Source of the DNA: a virus
Taxonomy: Duplodnaviria; Caudoviricetes
Virus record (IMG/VR): IMGVR_UViG_3300037419_001025
Coordinates: 1 to 43,313 of that record
Direction: 5' to 3' (one strand)
Length of the DNA stretch: 43,313 nucleotides
Below are positions 17,901-26,270 of this stretch, in pieces. The notes beneath the pieces are model-generated. The model saw only the letters and a list, made by a program, of their open reading frames with translations. It ran no database searches and was not told the origin of the DNA. How positions within the stretch are numbered: position 1 is the first letter of the stretch; each line of letters begins with the position of its first letter. The translations under genes were made by a program, and so were the position numbers.

Positions 17901-20598
17901 TCAAGGTAACGGCGATCCCTATAGCGCGTTCTTCCGTATTGCAGCGATGGCGGCGATTATGGCGGGTCTGGGCCTGGCGGTCGGCGGCGGGGGCGGTTCA
18001 GGCGCGGGCGTCAACGTGTCGAAACAACGCCAGGATGCGCAAGGCACCGGAAGCGTGCTCGGCGATGAAAACGCAAAGTCAGACTCGATAACGAAGTCGA
18101 TGGAAATCCTCAAAAACAATTCAAACATCGCGCTTCAACAGTCGGCCGCGATGCTGAGTTCGTTGAGGTCTATCGACGCCGGCATTTCGGGTATGGCGAA
18201 CCTCGTCGCGCGGACATCTGGCTTACGCGGCACGCCGCAGGATGAGCAAGCGGCCGGCGTGGGATCGTCGAAAGGCTTCCTCGGCTTCAATAGCTCGTCA
18301 ACAACATTGCTCGATCAAGGCATACAATCGTTCGGTCAAACTATCGGCAACATTATTGCGAATGGTTTCGCGGGTAGCAAATACACGGAGACGCAAACTT
18401 CTAAGTCGTCGTTCTTCGGATTGAAACATTCCAACTCGACCAATACGACGACGGCGCCGCTCGATGCCGAGCTTGCCGACCAATTTCAATTGACGATAAA
18501 GAGCATCGCGGAGGGCGTGAAAACTGCTGCCTCGGCGTTCGGTATCGCCGGCGGTGACGTTATCTCGAAAATCAATGGCTTTACGGTCAGCCTCGGGCAA
18601 ATCAGCCTCAAGGGATTGAGCGGCGACGATATCGAAAAACAACTCGAATCGGTTTTCAGCAAAGTGTCGGACGACTTAGCGAAGCAAATTATCCCCGGCC
18701 TAGACGACTTCCAGAAAGTAGGCGAAGGATATTTCGAGACCGCCGTTCGCGTGGCTAATGGAGTCGAGGAGGCGAACTATCAGCTTGAGCAATTCGGTAT
18801 CACCGCCGTAAAGTTCGGCGACATCATCAACAAGCAAGGCGATGTCGCGGCCGAAATCGTTCGTCAGTCGATCCTATCGAAAGAGGGAACCGGACAATTC
18901 TATAACGTCCACACTGACGCCGTTACCGCGACCAAGACCGTCTATCCGCAAATCGCCGTGGGCCTTGGTCAGTTGACGCAAGCCGAACAAGCCGCTTACG
19001 CTGCCGCGCATAATCTCGGTACGACATACACCGAAGTTCTAGTCCCTGCTTCCGATAAGACCGTCGAGAAATTGACGGGCATCGGAACAATCATGCAAAA
19101 CCTCAACGGCTCGGCCGAAGATTTAGCCAACACGTATGCGGAACTGCTGAAGATTCAAGATTCGTTTAAAGAAGCCGGCCTCGATACAAACGCGATAACC
19201 GCTTCGCTTATAACTGGCGCGAAAGATATCAGCGGTTTGCAATCGAGCCTTGATTCTTACTTCGGCAAATTCTTCACGACCGAAGAACAACTCGCGGCGA
19301 AAACTGACATCATGAGCGCAAAATTTAAAGCGCTCGGCCTCACTATGCCGACGACGCTTGAAGGCTTCCGCGACCTTGTGAACGCATTGCCGAAAGTAAC
19401 AGACGAGGACCAAAAATTGCTTGGCAAAGTGTTGAGCCTGGCCGATGGCTTCGCCGATCTACACGACGCCTTGCCCGATCCGAAGCAAGTCGCGCAAGAT
19501 AACCTCGATGCGCTGACAAAAACTGCCGACGCTGCGTTCGACATGCTTTCGAACTCGATAGGTAACGAGAAAAAGAAACTCGACTCAGCCTTAACCGCGA
19601 CGATGGCGGGACTTGATGCGCAGATAAAGACAACGACCGACAGCGTAAACACGCTGAAGAAATTATCCGACTCGCTGCATTCCACGCTAAACAAGATGCA
19701 AGCGCCTGACTCGGCGGCAGTAACTCGCGCTATGGCTCAAGCGCAAATATTCGGCGCTGTGGCGATTGCGAAGGCCGGCGGCCCGTTGCCGGATGCGGAT
19801 TCTATTTCGAATGCACTATCGGTTGTTTCGCAAGATGCGAGCGCATTGTTTGCGAATGAGGCCGACTATCGTCGCGATTTTTACACGACGGCGAACGCGG
19901 TAAATGACCTGGCCGGCATGACCGATAATCAGCTAAGCGACGCTCAAAAGATGCTCGACATGTTGAATTCGCAGAAAGACGCGGCGCAAGCGCAACACGA
20001 CGCGCAGATAGCCGTTCTCGACGCGCAGCTAGATCAAGCCAAAGCGCAAAATGACGCGCTTCACGGAATTGATGACTCGATACTGAGCCTCGCTGACGCG
20101 ACGGCACAATTCGCAGCGGCTACAGGTGCGGCAGCGGCGGCCAAAAAGGCGATAGATACCGCAAATGCGGCAAGCTCGGCAACGGGCGGCGCGTCGGCCG
20201 GATTTAAAAACGATGGTAGCTATATCATCGACAATCACAACGGATCGGCAACGTACTACACCGGCACCGGCGGCTCTCATACCGTCACCGATCCGAACGC
20301 ATATAGCATGCTAGCTCAGACTTACCCGAACGCGGCGCATTACGCGAACGGCGGCGACCATGCAGGCGGTTGGAGATGGGTCGGCGAGCGTGGTAAGGAA
20401 TTGGAATATACGGCGCCGTCGCACGTTGTTTCCAACTCGGATGCACGCGATATGCTCGACATGCGCAACACCGTGGCCGCAATCAAAGACATGCATCGCG
20501 ACATGATTCGTATGAATATGCAAATCATCAAGCATTCGAGCGATACGGCCAACAACACCGACAAACAAGTTCGTTTGACGGTTTCTTCGGAGTCTTGA
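14965..20598 (+). CDS. Tape measure protein (1877 aa)
   Basis: N-terminal tape-measure domain (ALLQLGQAFAANRLGGQELNSVLEQAPRLA), long Ala-rich helical region, C-terminal ANGG...VGERGKELE motif. Confidence 0.93.
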   Translation: MTMDIATLGINIDARQIKEGEKALDSFQQTGDRAEQTTDALSKANDRLARALKAVVAALAVQEIIKYADAWANVTGRLKLVSDSTSQLTKTTAELYAMAQRTRVSLEGTVDLYGRIKRTTADLNVTDSQRLKVTEAINKAMIISGASTQSAAAALLQLGQAFAANRLGGQELNSVLEQAPRLAEAIAAGMGRTVGDLKTLGAAGKLTADQVFGAILNQAGNLDEEFKRMPTTIGQAMTVLENSLMRTIGVFDQTNHLSSDFAHILVSVADNIGLLVAAVAGLTTASSLRWFINVTQALYDKAAASMAATAATQAQAAAEVERTAAVVAATEADIASATATRATVVALQQVAAAELKAANATIATARTTIAAAEAAGAQSFALRTLAVATLELEAAEAKRSAILAEMAVLGQKMAATNATLAASTEALAVAETAAAGATTAAAAAGSVLTRALGLMGGPIGIITTLLGIGVTAWLAWGNKAAEAETKAEQTLAQKTEEIVASLDKQIDKLKERNRLMNIAPDVAKGDSPAQQQQAAILTEINRVSKDTSLNDAARTEILRTLGAQYGVLTERLKSYNEQQAALNKSLNGDKLKQWLANNTQYLSKSEQLAQALADAHKELGDAFTPDIQKRIEKAFAEQDKDAKKMEEEYKNLIKTISEKTAVQKGELDAHQELTEGQKYALGVLDQLRTGTLKLSEAQATQLGASLESYLAAEKLAKEHEQSIKDHQTIIDQTYKEISAANDQVDALQEQIDTYGMGAAAIARYNRVKLETQLIDAKARGDSEEVAKLQALIEANKKVEDLANKKDDLDRLFNVDKVESFGNALRDVFGSAGDALGTLVSALQDFQQTQEQYEKDSAKVKLKYTGDETRTKIELAKLDKKNARDQLNYYAQIAGASKNFFKEHTAAYKVMETIERAARALELAETLSNMAAKLFATKAVTAAQVEGNAEAATSAAAASATEVAGATAAAQANAVAAVANQGNGDPYSAFFRIAAMAAIMAGLGLAVGGGGGSGAGVNVSKQRQDAQGTGSVLGDENAKSDSITKSMEILKNNSNIALQQSAAMLSSLRSIDAGISGMANLVARTSGLRGTPQDEQAAGVGSSKGFLGFNSSSTTLLDQGIQSFGQTIGNIIANGFAGSKYTETQTSKSSFFGLKHSNSTNTTTAPLDAELADQFQLTIKSIAEGVKTAASAFGIAGGDVISKINGFTVSLGQISLKGLSGDDIEKQLESVFSKVSDDLAKQIIPGLDDFQKVGEGYFETAVRVANGVEEANYQLEQFGITAVKFGDIINKQGDVAAEIVRQSILSKEGTGQFYNVHTDAVTATKTVYPQIAVGLGQLTQAEQAAYAAAHNLGTTYTEVLVPASDKTVEKLTGIGTIMQNLNGSAEDLANTYAELLKIQDSFKEAGLDTNAITASLITGAKDISGLQSSLDSYFGKFFTTEEQLAAKTDIMSAKFKALGLTMPTTLEGFRDLVNALPKVTDEDQKLLGKVLSLADGFADLHDALPDPKQVAQDNLDALTKTADAAFDMLSNSIGNEKKKLDSALTATMAGLDAQIKTTTDSVNTLKKLSDSLHSTLNKMQAPDSAAVTRAMAQAQIFGAVAIAKAGGPLPDADSISNALSVVSQDASALFANEADYRRDFYTTANAVNDLAGMTDNQLSDAQKMLDMLNSQKDAAQAQHDAQIAVLDAQLDQAKAQNDALHGIDDSILSLADATAQFAAATGAAAAAKKAIDTANAASSATGGASAGFKNDGSYIIDNHNGSATYYTGTGGSHTVTDPNAYSMLAQTYPNAAHYANGGDHAGGWRWVGERGKELEYTAPSHVVSNSDARDMLDMRNTVAAIKDMHRDMIRMNMQIIKHSSDTANNTDKQVRLTVSSES

Positions 20599-20600
20599 TT

Positions 20601-21512
20601 ATGTATATAGTCCCGCCTGTTGATATTACCGATGCGATGATTATCGCTTCGAGCTTGACTGAGAACGATACCGACGATGCGCCGTTATGGAACTCAGCGA
20701 CGGCGTACACGGTCGGCCAGCGCGTAAGGCGCACGCAAACACATCGAGTTTACGAATGCGCTGTGGCGAATACAAACAAAGTTCCCGAATCGAATATCAG
20801 CGGCACGACGCCGGCATGGTTCGAAGTTCGTGCTACAAATATGTGGGCCGCGTTCGACGCCGTATCGGCCACGCAATCGACGAGCGCGAGCGGAACAATT
20901 AGCTACACGCTCGCGCCTGGTGAAATTGTCGATAGAGTCGTCTTGTTCAATATGGATGCGGTGACAGTCTCGCTCACGCAAAAAGACTCGGGCGGCAACG
21001 TCGTATTTTCGCAAACGGTTGACCTTCGGACGAAATATTCGAAAGGATGGTACGACTACTTTTTCAAGCCGATCATTCGCAAGCGCGATTACGTGTTCGA
21101 GGGCTTGCCGCCTTATAAAAATTCGACGTTTATACTCACATTCACGAAAAGCGGTGGGACGGTTGCAGTCGGCGATATCGTGCTCGGTCGCGAAATCGAA
21201 GTCGGCGAGTTGCTTTGGCAGCCTGAAGTGCGGATACAAGATTACTCGGGCAAGACAACAAACACTTTCGGAGTGACGACGTTTATTAAGCGCGATAACG
21301 CTCGCATAATGACGTGTCAAGTCCAAATCGAAAACGATTATTTCGACGAGCTTGTCCGATTGATGGCGCTTTATACATCCGTGCCGGTTGTATGGATCGG
21401 CGACGCTGACTATAGTTCTACTATGATATACGGAACATTTACCGATTTTCGCCCCGTGCTCGACTCGCCGGCGGGGTCTTTCGTCAACTTGCAAATTGAG
21501 GGGCTTATCTAA
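20601..21512 (+). CDS. Distal-tail-like tip protein with a CBM5/12-like insertion
   Basis: Follows the tape measure; WNSATAYTVGQRV...HRVYEC...W motif; ATG 20601 is 8 nt after GGAG. Confidence 0.6.
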   Translation: MYIVPPVDITDAMIIASSLTENDTDDAPLWNSATAYTVGQRVRRTQTHRVYECAVANTNKVPESNISGTTPAWFEVRATNMWAAFDAVSATQSTSASGTISYTLAPGEIVDRVVLFNMDAVTVSLTQKDSGGNVVFSQTVDLRTKYSKGWYDYFFKPIIRKRDYVFEGLPPYKNSTFILTFTKSGGTVAVGDIVLGREIEVGELLWQPEVRIQDYSGKTTNTFGVTTFIKRDNARIMTCQVQIENDYFDELVRLMALYTSVPVVWIGDADYSSTMIYGTFTDFRPVLDSPAGSFVNLQIEGLI

Positions 21513-21514
21513 TC

Positions 21515-23554
21515 ATGACTGCGCAAATCACTACAATCATTCCGGCATTTAGCGAGGTTCCGACGCGTGACGATCCCGACAATTTCGACGACGAAGCCGA
21601 TGCCTTTCTAGGCGAGTTACCCGCGCATCAAGTCGCGATGAACTCGTTCGGTTCGCAAGCGAATGCCCTCGCTGTGGAAGTCAACGCAAACGCCGTATCG
21701 GCCAATACGAACGCTCTCGCGGCGGCAGCAGCGGCCACGCAAGCGGCAGCGGTCGCCGGCGCCGGCTTGTTCAGCGCCTCGCATGCCTACGCTCAAGGCG
21801 AGGGCGCAATTTCTGCCGTCAACTTCCTGACGTATCGCCGTAAGACGGCCGGGACGTCGGCGACCGATCCTTCGGCGGATTCGGCGAATTGGGCGCTCGC
21901 CTTTTCGTTTATCGGCCAAGGCGGCGCGTCGATTACCGGAACGACAACCCTGCTCGCATCGAGCGCGGCAGCTATGTCTATCAACATGCCGAACCCCGGC
22001 GAATATATCGTCTTGCCGAATGCGACAACGCTTGTTACTGGCGCTTTGCTATTCAGCCTTAACAACATCGGTCTTTACGATGTCGGCGTTCGCGATAGTA
22101 CCGGAACCACATTAGGATGGATTCGACCAGGCTCTAACGCGATCATCGGTCTTACATCGAACGCGACGGCCGCCGGCACATGGAATATTTCGAATCTCGA
22201 AAAAACCGGCATTACTGCGCAATTCATGCGCCCGACGCTTACGAACTCTAGTTCGGCGATGAAAGTCGTAAACATCGATGCGGATCGCGATGCGATTTTC
22301 TTCGGCGGTACGTCGCTGTACGTCGCTATTTACAACAAGACTACGCGTACATGGTCGAATAGCGCGACTCTCATTCGTTCGTCTATAAATTCGAGCACAT
22401 GGGATGCTTGCCTATCTGCCGCTAATCAATTGCTTGTCGTGTCTTGCGATTCGACGACAGGCGTTCAAGCTGTAACGCTAACACTTAGCGGAACGAGTGT
22501 GACCGTCAATACTGCGACGACTCCGACCGCCGCCGGCGGCAATGTTCAAGCCGCTACGATGAAAGTTATCGCGGTCGGCGCTTCGTTCGCAATGATTTAT
22601 AGCCGCGCTACGAATACGCAATGCATACGCGGAATTTCGATTAGCGGCACCACACCGACGGTTTCAGGCGAAACGAATTTGACAACGGGGTCAGCTTCAA
22701 TTACATGGATGATGTTCGCCACGGGTAGCGCGGTTTTGGTCGTCTCGGCTACCTCAACGACTTTGCAGGTATCGCCTTTCACGATAGCGGGTAGTACAGT
22801 CACGGCGGGAACGACTACAACAGCTACGACAACAACAAATAGTTTTAAAGCCATCGCGTTACCTTCGGGTCGTTGGGCGGTTGTATATCAAAACTCCGCC
22901 GTGAAGGTCGGCATCATAAGCTATAACTCAGGAACAAATACCGCGACAATAAGCACGGTAACGGCATCGAGCACTATTAACGGCACTTCCGCTACATGGG
23001 AGCTTGCCGCCGGCGTGGCCGGAACTGTCTTAGTCTTTGCGCATGGCGGCAATCAAGTAGGGACATGCAATATTGTCACCGACACCGCAGGAACCGCGAG
23101 CGCCGGGACCGAAGTCACATTTTCATCGTCGAGCAATTTTAGCGGTTGCGCTTTCATTTCGAAAACCGCCGCAAATGGCGCTTCGTGCGTTTTCCCGTAC
23201 AACGGCGCGATGCAAATCGTCACTTTCGACGTTAGCGGTTCTAGCCCGGTATTGGCGTCTATCACGGGCAAAACATCAAGCGCTTTGCCGCCTGCCGGTC
23301 GTAATTCCCCTGACAATTCAATGACAGGCGCAACCGTACTCATAAACGATACGTTGCGTACAATAACAGCATCGGATTCAACGTCATTCAATGCATCATA
23401 TACGGCCGCCGGTCCGACACTGTTCAGGCCATTGAATTTCAATGTAACGGGAACTAGCAGCGCCGCCGGCGTGGCGGCCAATGAAGCATGGGTCGGCAAT
23501 ACCTATGCTAGTTCGACAGGTTTCGGAGTTAACAAAGTGGAGGCGGCAGCATGA
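21515..23554 (+). CDS. Tail fibre / receptor-binding protein (679 aa)
   Basis: N-terminal PTRDDPDNF..EADAFL.ELP anchor and helical stalk, then a long Ser/Thr-rich repeated beta region. Confidence 0.7.
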   Translation: MTAQITTIIPAFSEVPTRDDPDNFDDEADAFLGELPAHQVAMNSFGSQANALAVEVNANAVSANTNALAAAAAATQAAAVAGAGLFSASHAYAQGEGAISAVNFLTYRRKTAGTSATDPSADSANWALAFSFIGQGGASITGTTTLLASSAAAMSINMPNPGEYIVLPNATTLVTGALLFSLNNIGLYDVGVRDSTGTTLGWIRPGSNAIIGLTSNATAAGTWNISNLEKTGITAQFMRPTLTNSSSAMKVVNIDADRDAIFFGGTSLYVAIYNKTTRTWSNSATLIRSSINSSTWDACLSAANQLLVVSCDSTTGVQAVTLTLSGTSVTVNTATTPTAAGGNVQAATMKVIAVGASFAMIYSRATNTQCIRGISISGTTPTVSGETNLTTGSASITWMMFATGSAVLVVSATSTTLQVSPFTIAGSTVTAGTTTTATTTTNSFKAIALPSGRWAVVYQNSAVKVGIISYNSGTNTATISTVTASSTINGTSATWELAAGVAGTVLVFAHGGNQVGTCNIVTDTAGTASAGTEVTFSSSSNFSGCAFISKTAANGASCVFPYNGAMQIVTFDVSGSSPVLASITGKTSSALPPAGRNSPDNSMTGATVLINDTLRTITASDSTSFNASYTAAGPTLFRPLNFNVTGTSSAAGVAANEAWVGNTYASSTGFGVNKVEAAA

Positions 23555-24120
23555 AAGTTATTCTTATAACAGGCGGCGAACTAATCGGCCCCTTTCTCGA
23601 AGTCGTACAGAACGACGAGCGCAACTGTATCGAGGCCGGCGGCGTCGAATACCCGCTCGAATTGGCCGAAGTCTTGACGTTTAACGATAGCGACCTGGCC
23701 GGCCTCGACCTCTCGCGCTATCAGTGGAACGGCCAATTTTTGGAGCCGAAGCCGGTCACGCCGCCGACCGAGGAAGAAATCGCCGCGCAGCTATCGAATT
23801 ACGACGGCTTGATTCAAAAGCATGTCGATGCAGTTGCGCGGGGGTTCGGCTACGGCGATCCGAACAATCCGAACATTTCGCCAATTGATCGCGCGTGCTC
23901 TTACGCCGACGAGCCTAGCATTCCACGCTATCAAGCCGAAGGGCGTTTGTTGCGAGCCTGGCGTTCGGCCGTATGGGCGGCAGCGTACAACATGCTCAAT
24001 GCGGTGAAGAATGGGCAGATGGCCGTGCCGACCGATGAGGCGATTATCGAAGCGCTGCCGACGGCGCCGACTGAAGAACAGGTCGCCGCGCTCATGGCGC
24101 AATTGACCGCAACAGCATAG
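23551..24120 (+). CDS. Tail fibre assembly-like protein
   Basis: D.VAR..GY....RACSYADEP...YQAEGR..RAWRSAVW motif; ATGA overlap with the fibre gene. Confidence 0.7.
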   Translation: MKVILITGGELIGPFLEVVQNDERNCIEAGGVEYPLELAEVLTFNDSDLAGLDLSRYQWNGQFLEPKPVTPPTEEEIAAQLSNYDGLIQKHVDAVARGFGYGDPNNPNISPIDRACSYADEPSIPRYQAEGRLLRAWRSAVWAAAYNMLNAVKNGQMAVPTDEAIIEALPTAPTEEQVAALMAQLTATA

Positions 24121-24161
24121 AAAAGTCAACCTGTCAACATTACAATTTGTTGCATTTAGTT

Positions 24162-24199
24162 AATTCAAGGTAGAATACCCGCCGACTCTACCTTGAATT
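24162..24199. promoter_or_regulatory. 13-bp inverted repeat over a TAGAAT -10-like box upstream of the lysis cassette
   Basis: AATTCAAGGTAGA-N12-TCTACCTTGAATT. Confidence 0.5.
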
Positions 24200-24236
24200 T
24201 AACCCGCCAGGCGGCCGAGACTTTGAGGGGAATCAA

Positions 24237-24473
24237 ATGCTATTCGATTCGACATCTAAGGGGTTCAAATTGATAGACCAATCTCAAACGGCAGCGGGTA
24301 TAGCGGCCACGTCCACGCCTGGCTTGCTCTATCTCGCCTGGCATTACTTCACATCGATCCCCATTGAAAAATGGGTCTCTATCGCGACGTTTATTTTCGT
24401 TACGTTGCAAATTATCTTCCTACTCGCCGACCGCATCAAAAAGCGCAAGGCGCATCGAAAGGCCCGCGCATGA
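24237..24473 (+). CDS. Putative holin (possible second start TTG at 24270)
   Basis: Hydrophobic segments, very basic C-terminus (RIKKRKAHRKARA); ATGA-coupled to the endolysin. Confidence 0.7.
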   Translation: MLFDSTSKGFKLIDQSQTAAGIAATSTPGLLYLAWHYFTSIPIEKWVSIATFIFVTLQIIFLLADRIKKRKAHRKARA

Positions 24474-25135
24474 TTACCGAATCGCTCATTAAGGCCGTGA
24501 TGCCGGCCGCCACGCCTGCGAATATCGCGCTCTACTGCGCACCGCTCGCCGCAGCCGCCGACGAATTCAGCATCCACACATCGGCCCGCGTGGCCGTTTT
24601 TCTTGCCGAAGTCGCAGTCGAATCGAACGAACTCGCGGCGGTTGAAGAAAACCTCATGTACACGGCCCAAGGCCTGGCTAATACCTGGCCGAAGCATTAC
24701 GCGGCGAGCCTGGTAAAAGACGGCAAAGGCAATTACCCGCCGAATCAACTCGCGAAGCAGTTGCACCGCCGGCCGGAAGCCATCGCCAATAACATTTATG
24801 CGAACCGCCTCGGCAATCGCGATGAAGCGAGCGGCGACGGCTGGAAGCATCGAGGCGCCGGCCTCATTCAAGCAACCGGCGCCGAAAATCAACTCAAGAT
24901 CGCCGCGCACTTCAATATCGACCCCGAGCATATCGGCGACTGGCTGAGAACCCCCGAGGGTGCCGCGCGGTCGGCCGCCTGGTTCTTCGCGACACATGGC
25001 TGCATTGAAGCGGCCGACAAGGGCGACATCGACACGGCGTCGCGCGATGTCAACGGAGGCGACATTGGTTTAAAGCGGCGCCGCGCGTACTTTGCGACCG
25101 CGTGCGCGGCGCTTCACTTGGAAAGGTTCGCATGA
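24470..25135 (+). CDS. Endolysin, glycoside hydrolase family 19
   Basis: RVAVFLAEVAVES...EENLMY, IANNIYANRLGN...GDGWKHRGAGLIQATG.EN, AARSAAWFF, VNGG.IGL..R. Confidence 0.92.
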   Translation: MITESLIKAVMPAATPANIALYCAPLAAAADEFSIHTSARVAVFLAEVAVESNELAAVEENLMYTAQGLANTWPKHYAASLVKDGKGNYPPNQLAKQLHRRPEAIANNIYANRLGNRDEASGDGWKHRGAGLIQATGAENQLKIAAHFNIDPEHIGDWLRTPEGAARSAAWFFATHGCIEAADKGDIDTASRDVNGGDIGLKRRRAYFATACAALHLERFA

Positions 25136-25308
25136 TGGAAACGAATGACAAAGCAAAGCTCGTTATCGCGGTTCTCTGTATGACCGCTTGGCTCATTCTT
25201 ATCTGCATGGGTAAGACTGAGGTCGCGCCATTCGTCGGGGCGTTGCGCGACATCCTTTTCGGCCTCGGCGTTTATCACTCGGTCAAAAGCCGAAAGGGGG
25301 ATTCATGA
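25132..25308 (+). CDS. Small membrane protein (58 aa; holin- or antiholin-like)
   Basis: Two hydrophobic stretches, basic tail, GGAAAGG RBS, ATGA overlaps on both sides. Confidence 0.6.
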   Translation: MMETNDKAKLVIAVLCMTAWLILICMGKTEVAPFVGALRDILFGLGVYHSVKSRKGDS

Positions 25309-25652
25309 AAAAGTATTTCGCCGCGTTCTTTTTCGCGGTCGTTCTATGCGGATGCGCGACGCCGGTAACTCAACCGCGTTCATTCGCTGATAGCCTGGCG
25401 TATTCGTATGCTGCCGTGACTTCATATCGCCTGGCAGCGGCCGACGCGCTGACCAATGGCGTTATTACGGTCGAACAGGCGCAGCATGCCCAAGCTGTGG
25501 CCGACGAGGCTCGAACGCTACTCGACGCCGCCAAAGCCGCGCACGATGTTGGTAACGACGCCGGCGGGCAAATGACACTCGCTCAAGCGACGGCCGCGCT
25601 CGTGACGCTGCAAGGCTTGCTCGATGCGAAAATTGAAGGGGGTGCGAAATGA
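25305..25652 (+). CDS. Lipoprotein in lysis cassette (spanin-like candidate)
   Basis: Signal peptide MKKYFAAFFFAVVLCG|C with lipobox; helical Ala-rich body. Confidence 0.65.
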   Translation: MKKYFAAFFFAVVLCGCATPVTQPRSFADSLAYSYAAVTSYRLAAADALTNGVITVEQAQHAQAVADEARTLLDAAKAAHDVGNDAGGQMTLAQATAALVTLQGLLDAKIEGGAK

Positions 25653-25888
25653 GCCTTATCGCAATTGCGGCCGGCGTTGACAAGCTCGTCACCATAACGG
25701 CCACGCTGAACCATCTCGCCGCCGGCGCGGCGATGATTTCGTCGATGATACAGAAAGCGCAAGCCGAGGGGCGAAGCGAGTTCACCGCCGACGAATGGGC
25801 GACGATCCAAGGCGCCGACACGGCCGCGCGCGACGTGCTGGCTGACGCTATCGTCAACGCATTGAAGAAAGGGGCGGCGAATGGGTAA
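25649..25888 (+). CDS. Small helical protein (79 aa) in lysis cassette
   Basis: GAAGGGGG RBS; ATGA-coupled to the lipoprotein gene. Confidence 0.7.
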   Translation: MSLIAIAAGVDKLVTITATLNHLAAGAAMISSMIQKAQAEGRSEFTADEWATIQGADTAARDVLADAIVNALKKGAANG

Positions 25889-25891
25889 GTT
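25865..25891 (+). repeat. Left arm of a 27-bp imperfect inverted repeat (partner 27432-27458)
   Basis: AAGAAAGGGGCGGCGAATGGGTAAGTT versus AAGAAAGGGGCGGCTAATGGGAAAGTT on the minus strand; 25/27 identical. Confidence 0.85.
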
Positions 25892-26270
25892 CCTATCTCG
25901 GCTCATTCTCGAAGCCGGCCCCGTGGATGGCGGCGAATGGCAATTGATGGCGCCGCTCGTCTATCAGTCGGATATCTACAAGCCCGTTATCGTCGTACCG
26001 GAGGGCTTTGAAACCGACCTCGCCAGCGTGCCGCGCCTGCCGGTCGTCTACATGCTCACCGGCGGTACGAGCAACGAAGCCGCCGTCGTGCATGACTACC
26101 TGTATTCGACGGGCCTTACGGATCGCAAAACGGCCGATGCGATCTTACGAGAGGCATCGGCCGCTACAGGTGTTCCCGCGTGGCGTCGCGGTTTGATGTG
26201 GGCCGGCGTTCGCCTGTTCGGCGGATCGCATTACACGCCGGCCACGGTATCACAATCCCCGGCGTCGTAA
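25881..26270 (+). CDS. DUF1353-family protein
   Basis: VPEGFETDLASVPR...AAVVHDYLY...RKTADAILREA...MWAGVRLFG signature. Confidence 0.88.
   Translation: MGKFLSRLILEAGPVDGGEWQLMAPLVYQSDIYKPVIVVPEGFETDLASVPRLPVVYMLTGGTSNEAAVVHDYLYSTGLTDRKTADAILREASAATGVPAWRRGLMWAGVRLFGGSHYTPATVSQSPAS

Noticed and set aside
21515-24236. Diversity-generating retroelement or fibre invertase system
   Set aside because: No reverse transcriptase, template/variable repeat pair or serine invertase was seen.
24371-24469. Longer N-terminus for the endolysin given in the ORF track (also upstream starts at 1226, 4371, 12054, 40702)
   Set aside because: Downstream ATGs have proper RBS or ATGA coupling and avoid long overlaps with upstream genes.
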